Positions 59,526 through 64,000 of a stretch of DNA of 64,000 nt are shown here, in pieces. The position numbers and the translations under genes were made by a program. The notes under the pieces were generated by a model. The model had not been told where the DNA came from, made no database searches, and was given only the letters and a program-made list of their open reading frames with translations. The stretch covers positions 640,001 through 704,000 of the forward strand of contig CAVTHO010000005.1 of the NCBI GenBank assembly GCA_963734545.1, written 5' to 3'. Every line of letters begins with the position of its first letter. The first letter of the stretch is position 1. This DNA comes from an uncultured Spirochaetota bacterium. GTDB taxonomy: Bacteria > Spirochaetota > Spirochaetia > SZUA-6 > Fen-1364.

Positions 59526-59975
59526 ATGAGAGAGACACACAATTTCATTCATGCCGTGGGCAGGGACTTTTTCTTCAAGCTGATCCTGATCCTTCTTCTC
59601 TATTCCCTCGTGCCGCTCGCGGAAATCTTCCTCTTCATCTATCTGGGTGAGCTCATGGGCAACTATCTCGTGCTCATCATTGCAGCAGTGGCAGGCATGG
59701 CGGGAGCGCTGATCGCGTTCGGCCAGGCGCAGGGCGTGACGGAACGGCTCAGGGCGCAGCTCCGCGCCGGCAGATACCCGGGCCGGGAATTCGCGGACCT
59801 GGCGGGCATCATCGTGGCCGGGGTCCTCCTCGTCACGCCGGGTTTCATCACGGACCTTTGCGGCTACCTCCTGATGATCCCCGCCCTGCGTAACGGCCTT
59901 CGCGATATTCTGAAGGTCAAGCTCGAGAAGAGCTTCAGGGAAATCTACGCGTATCTGAGGTTGTCGTCATTGTAA
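59526..59975 (+). CDS. fxsA: FxsA family membrane protein
   Basis: VPLAEI, AGVLLVTPGFITD..G.LL.IP. Confidence 0.88.
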   Translation: MRETHNFIHAVGRDFFFKLILILLLYSLVPLAEIFLFIYLGELMGNYLVLIIAAVAGMAGALIAFGQAQGVTERLRAQLRAGRYPGREFADLAGIIVAGVLLVTPGFITDLCGYLLMIPALRNGLRDILKVKLEKSFREIYAYLRLSSL

Positions 59976-59994
59976 ACGAGGCGGTTCCCGGCCG

Positions 59995-60726
59995 CTACAG
60001 CCTGAAGATTTTGTATCCCAGCAGCAGGACGAGATAGTACAGGTACGGGAACACGGCCGCGACGCGCCACGGCTTGCGCCCGATGCCGGACAACACGCCG
60101 AGCCCCGCTGCGTGCAGGCGCTTCGACGTCTGCTTCTCCCGGCCGGCGAACACCTCGAAACAGTTGCCCGACCAGAGCGAGATCCCGGGGTTCAGCTCCT
60201 TCTTGTGCCGGAGGATCCATTTGTCCTTGCCGGGCACGCCCGTGCCGACCATGAGCATGGAGGGTGAGGATTTCTTGATCGCGGTGACGATGTCTCCTTC
60301 CACCAGCTTCGGGAAGAATCCGTAGAACCTGCCGACCACGCGGATCCCGTGGAATGAGCCGAGCAGGTTCTGCTCCGCCACCTCCAGCACCTCTTTGCGC
60401 GAGCCGAGCATGTACACGGAGCCCTTGGCCTTCTCGATGACGCTGAGAATCCGGATGATGTGCTCGAACGAGTTGAAGAGGCTCACCGGCCCGGTCCTGA
60501 GGAATCGGGCCCCCTGCACGATGGGAAGCGACACGGGAAGCACGAGCGCCGCGTCACGCAGGCAGCGCATGAGCTCGGCGTCATGACGCGCCCGCAGCAG
60601 TCCCCGCAGGGAGAGGAAGACGACCTGGTTGTGCTGCCCGTTGTCCAGCAGCTCCTCGATCACCTTGCCCGAGATCTCCGGGTCGATGCTGTCCACGGGC
60701 ACATCGAGAACTTTTACCCTCTTCAC
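59995..60726 (-). CDS. WecB/TagA/CpsF glycosyltransferase family protein
   Basis: VLDVPVD, YMLGS, VVGRFYGFF, VGTGVPGKDKWI; GTG overlaps the rsmE stop. Confidence 0.85.
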   Translation of the reverse strand: MKRVKVLDVPVDSIDPEISGKVIEELLDNGQHNQVVFLSLRGLLRARHDAELMRCLRDAALVLPVSLPIVQGARFLRTGPVSLFNSFEHIIRILSVIEKAKGSVYMLGSRKEVLEVAEQNLLGSFHGIRVVGRFYGFFPKLVEGDIVTAIKKSSPSMLMVGTGVPGKDKWILRHKKELNPGISLWSGNCFEVFAGREKQTSKRLHAAGLGVLSGIGRKPWRVAAVFPYLYYLVLLLGYKIFRL

Positions 60727-61481
60727 TCTTGTTGCGCCGGTATCCACGCGTCCCTCTCCTGAAGTATCGTTTTGACAGCACCGAGAGCGTACAGGGCAGC
60801 GGTCTCCACCCGCAGCACGCTGCCGCCGAGATACGCGGGGTGGAAGCCGGCGCCCTGAAGGAGTGCCGCCTCGTCCGCAGAAAGACCGCCCTCGGGGCCG
60901 ATCAGAATTGCGACCGACCGGGGCGATCTGGCAAGGAGCTGGTGCAGCGTCGCGCCGCCAAGAGGCCGCTCGTGGAAGAACAATGCCGTGCCCCACTCTT
61001 CCGCGCTCTTCGCGATCGACACGAGGCTTCGCGGCTCCTCGATCAGGGGCAGCCACGACGCACCGCTCTGCTGGAGCGCCTCGCGGGCGATCTTGCGCAG
61101 CCGCGGCACCCGGGCGTCCCTCTCGTCCGGCCGCACCTGCGAGTGCTCGCTCAGGACAAGCACGATCCGCGCGACTCCGGCCTCCGTGGCCTGGCGGACA
61201 ATGAGATCTATTTTCCGTCCCTTTGGCAAGCACTGCATCAGCGTGATCCGGATGCCCGGAGGGGACGGGAGGGCGGCAGCCGCCGGAGCGAGCTCCGCGT
61301 CACACGCCGTTCGTCCCACCCGCACGATCCGCATCACGAAAGCGGCGCCGTGTGCGTCCACCGCTGTCAGCTCGTCCCCCGCCCGCTTTCGCAGCACGCG
61401 CGCAAGGTAGCGGAAATCTTGGCCGGTAAGGGAGATGAGACTTTCACCCCTGTACCAGCCTGGGAGAAGAAACTGTTTCAA
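60723..61481 (-). CDS. rsmE: 16S rRNA m3U1498 methyltransferase
   Basis: ARVLR, QATEAGV, EALQQS, IGPEGGL, LRVETA. Confidence 0.94.
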   Translation of the reverse strand: MKQFLLPGWYRGESLISLTGQDFRYLARVLRKRAGDELTAVDAHGAAFVMRIVRVGRTACDAELAPAAAALPSPPGIRITLMQCLPKGRKIDLIVRQATEAGVARIVLVLSEHSQVRPDERDARVPRLRKIAREALQQSGASWLPLIEEPRSLVSIAKSAEEWGTALFFHERPLGGATLHQLLARSPRSVAILIGPEGGLSADEAALLQGAGFHPAYLGGSVLRVETAALYALGAVKTILQERDAWIPAQQE

Positions 61482-61484
61482 TCC

Positions 61485-62891
61485 CTAAATCTTCACCCCG
61501 ATCTGGTGATTCTCCAGCGCTTTTACCGCGGCCTGCAGCACGATATCGAAGTCCAGGTCGTACATCGGAGGGTTGTTGTTGGTCAGGTTCACCTGGTTGC
61601 GGATGAGGCGCCGCAGATAGCGGTCGTTCAGCGTGATGCCCTTGGCGTGCAGGCTGCCGATGAACTGTGTCACCTGATCGTCGGTGGGCTTCGGGTTCGC
61701 CTTCGCGAAGTCCTTGAGGCTGGTGCCGTTCAAGAGGTCATTCAATGCCTTCTGCTCGGCTTCCGTGAGCTCGGGCTCCTGGAACTTGCGGTCGGGCTCG
61801 ATGCCCACCTTGTCGATGGTCACACCCGAGGGGAGATAGTAGCGTGACGTGGTGAGGCGGAATCCCCCGTCACCCAGCGCTTCCACCGTCTGCACGGAAC
61901 CCTTCCCATAGGTCTTCTCTCCAAAGAGGGTCGCCCGGTGATAGTCGCGCAGCGCGCCGGAGACGATCTCGGATGCGGAGGCCGACCACTTGTCCACGAG
62001 CACGACGACGGGGATCTTCGTGTCCACCATCATCCGGTTCTTGCGCGCGTTGTACATCAGGTTTTCGCTGGCCACCCGCTCGCTCTTTCTCTGTACGATG
62101 AGCCCCTGGTCGATGAACAGGTTCGCCACGTCCACCGCCGCCGTCAGAAGCCCGCCCGGATCTCCACGGAGGTCGAGTATCATTCCCGTGTAGCCGGCTT
62201 CGACAAAGGACCTGATGGCGGCGCGGCACCGCTCGGCCGTCTGGGGGGTGAACTCGGCGATGCGCAGGTAGCCGATGTTCCCGGGCATCATGGTGGACTT
62301 CACCGTCGGCACCTCGATGATGTCGCGGGTGATCGTGGCGTCGAACTCGATTGCATCGCCCCGCTTGAGGGTGACCGTGACGTTGGTCTTGGGAGCCCCG
62401 CGCAGCTTGTCGACGATGGCCTCGAGAGCCATCGTCCCCACCGGATCCCCGTTCACCTTGATGATGATATCTCCCGCGGAGACGCCGGCCCTGTAGGCGG
62501 GTGTCCCTTCGATGGCGGATTCGACCTGCGCGCCCACCTTCTCCACCTTCGAGATGACGAGACCCACGCCCCCGAATACGCCGGTCGTGGTGTCCGAGAT
62601 CTTGCGCCATTCCATTGCATTGTGATACGCGGAGTTGGGATCCCCGAGCGCCTCGAACATGCCCTTCATCGCCCCTTCGTACAGGGCCTTGGCTTGCGCC
62701 TTGTCCGCATCCACATACGTGTCGCGGACATAGCGCATCATGTCGCCTATCGTGCTGATGTACGCCTGCGTCTCGTCCTCGGTGCTTCCCGCGAGGAGCC
62801 GTGGTGAAACCGCGAAAAAGGCCAGCCCGGCGAGGAGGACCGCGGTCACGACGGTCCAGACGAGGCGTTCACGTGATCCGAAGAATTTCAT
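61485..62891 (-). CDS. ctpA: C-terminal processing protease (S41, PDZ)
   Basis: FGGVG, LDLRGDPGG, SASASEI, TYGKGSVQ. Confidence 0.95.
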   Translation of the reverse strand: MKFFGSRERLVWTVVTAVLLAGLAFFAVSPRLLAGSTEDETQAYISTIGDMMRYVRDTYVDADKAQAKALYEGAMKGMFEALGDPNSAYHNAMEWRKISDTTTGVFGGVGLVISKVEKVGAQVESAIEGTPAYRAGVSAGDIIIKVNGDPVGTMALEAIVDKLRGAPKTNVTVTLKRGDAIEFDATITRDIIEVPTVKSTMMPGNIGYLRIAEFTPQTAERCRAAIRSFVEAGYTGMILDLRGDPGGLLTAAVDVANLFIDQGLIVQRKSERVASENLMYNARKNRMMVDTKIPVVVLVDKWSASASEIVSGALRDYHRATLFGEKTYGKGSVQTVEALGDGGFRLTTSRYYLPSGVTIDKVGIEPDRKFQEPELTEAEQKALNDLLNGTSLKDFAKANPKPTDDQVTQFIGSLHAKGITLNDRYLRRLIRNQVNLTNNNPPMYDLDFDIVLQAAVKALENHQIGVKI

Positions 62892-62912
62892 TCACTTCTC
62901 CCCAGGGGCATC

Positions 62913-62940
62913 ATTCTATGCGCCTGCCCCTGATTGTCAA
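62913..62940 (-). promoter_or_regulatory. Sigma70-type promoter of the ctpA operon
   Basis: TTGACA-N16-TAGAAT. Confidence 0.6.
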
Positions 62941-63026
62941 TGTACTCAAATCTCTCGTACGCGCGCAGGCTCTCCGCGTGCCTCCCTTGACCTCGATTTC
63001 CCCGCATGGCTACACTTCCGCTGAAC

Positions 63027-63515
63027 ATGAAGGCTCGAAGGGTACTGCTCTTCGTCGGCTCCCTGTGGGAGATCGTGCGATTCTTCCTCCTGATCTCCCT
63101 TCTTGCGTTCCTGCTTCACGCCGTCAGCGGTACGGGGCGATGGGTGCTCCCCTGGCTCCTCCTGTGCGGCTCGGGCAATCTGCTCGTGGGCGTCGGCGGG
63201 ATCATGCTCTCTCTCTTTCCGGAAAAGAACGGCGGCGTGGTCGGGCTGCTTCGCCTCGGCAAGATCCTTTCCCTCTTTTCCTACGCGCTCATCCTGGTTT
63301 CGGGAGCCATGCGCATGGCCATAGGCCTGCAGGTCCTCGCCATTGGGGAATTCGCCGTGACGCTCGCCGCCGTGCTCTTCATCGTATTCGTACTGGATCT
63401 GCTCTTCCTGGCGGTTCTCCTCGCCTGGCGGGCAGGGGAAGCGCGGCGGGAGCTTCCCGCCGGCAGCGCCGATCTTGCCGAGTACACGGAGACGGAGGCG
63501 CAAGATTTTCATTAG
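63027..63515 (+). CDS. Four-TM hypothetical membrane protein
   Basis: Hydrophobic ORF; upstream TTGACC-N18-TACACT. Confidence 0.7.
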   Translation: MKARRVLLFVGSLWEIVRFFLLISLLAFLLHAVSGTGRWVLPWLLLCGSGNLLVGVGGIMLSLFPEKNGGVVGLLRLGKILSLFSYALILVSGAMRMAIGLQVLAIGEFAVTLAAVLFIVFVLDLLFLAVLLAWRAGEARRELPAGSADLAEYTETEAQDFH

Positions 63516-63533
63516 CCGCAGGACGCACACGCA

Positions 63534-64000
63534 ATGGTGATCCTCCCGATCGCGAGTGGAAAGGGCGGGGTCGGGAAGTCACTCCTGGCCACCAACCTCG
63601 CCGTCGCGCTCGCGGAAGCGGGGCGGAAGGTCGTGCTTGCCGATCTCGACCTGGGCGCCTCCAACGCCCATACGATGCTCGGCATCCGCTCGGTGAGCCG
63701 GGGCATCGGCACGTTCCTCTCGCTTCCCCGCATGAAATTCGAAGAGATCGTTCTGCCCACCGAATACGATGGGTTGTCATTCATCGCCGGTGACGCGGAC
63801 ATACCGGGCATCGCGAATCTCAAGTCGGCGCAGAAGAGGCGTCTCATCCGCTGCCTGGAGGCGCTCCCGGCTGATTACCTTGTCCTCGACCTCGGGCCGG
63901 GCGCCGGCGCAAACGCGCTCGATTTCTTCCTTCTCAGTGCCTTCGGCATCGTTGTGACCACCCCTGCCTTGACCGCCATTCTCAACGCGTACCTTTTTCT
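63534..64000 (+). CDS. MinD/FlhG-family P-loop ATPase (3' end outside the window)
   Basis: MVILPIASGKGGVGKS, ADLDLG..N, LDLGPG. Confidence 0.9.
   Translation, partial: MVILPIASGKGGVGKSLLATNLAVALAEAGRKVVLADLDLGASNAHTMLGIRSVSRGIGTFLSLPRMKFEEIVLPTEYDGLSFIAGDADIPGIANLKSAQKRRLIRCLEALPADYLVLDLGPGAGANALDFFLLSAFGIVVTTPALTAILNAYLF

Noticed and set aside
59995-61233. 412-aa TagA/WecB with an N-terminal extension
   Set aside because: The extension overlaps rsmE in another frame; the real start is GTG 60726.
1-64000. Mobile elements, prophage, defence systems, tRNA/rRNA, riboswitches
   Set aside because: I recognised no transposase, integrase, phage or defence motifs and no structured RNA genes by eye; a covariance-model search was not possible.

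Overview
High-GC chromosomal segment from an anaerobic diderm bacterium, most likely a spirochaete (inferred from the STAS-Zn-ribbon/PspA locus, the ctpA-rsmE-tagA order and the Asp-type MurA). It is gene-dense, with about 60 CDS. I recognised no rRNA, tRNA, CRISPR, IS or prophage. At least 14 otherwise intact genes carry 1-bp indels, which points to an under-polished long-read assembly. In order, the window holds: a catalytic group-A [FeFe]-hydrogenase; a sensory [FeFe]-hydrogenase-histidine-kinase fusion with two stand-alone receivers and a REC-PAS-kinase; a Thermotoga-like uxaE / LarA-family epimerase / gnd module; metK; three tandem M42 peptidases; an Opp/Dpp ABC transporter; nfu-sor-ferritin; murA; a STAS-YbjN-PspA-wHTH operon with two LptF/G-like membrane proteins and DjlA; a Liv ABC transporter; an HTH-less sigma54 activator; an amidohydrolase-Omp85 beta-barrel fusion; fur-feoB-dtxR/feoA with Fur-box-like sites; a GT2 + acyltransferase pair; and ctpA-rsmE-tagA. 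The best novelty candidates are the amidohydrolase-Omp85 fusion, the H2-sensing phosphorelay, and the PspA operon with its divergent LptFG-like pair. All family calls come from motif recognition by eye, with no database searches.
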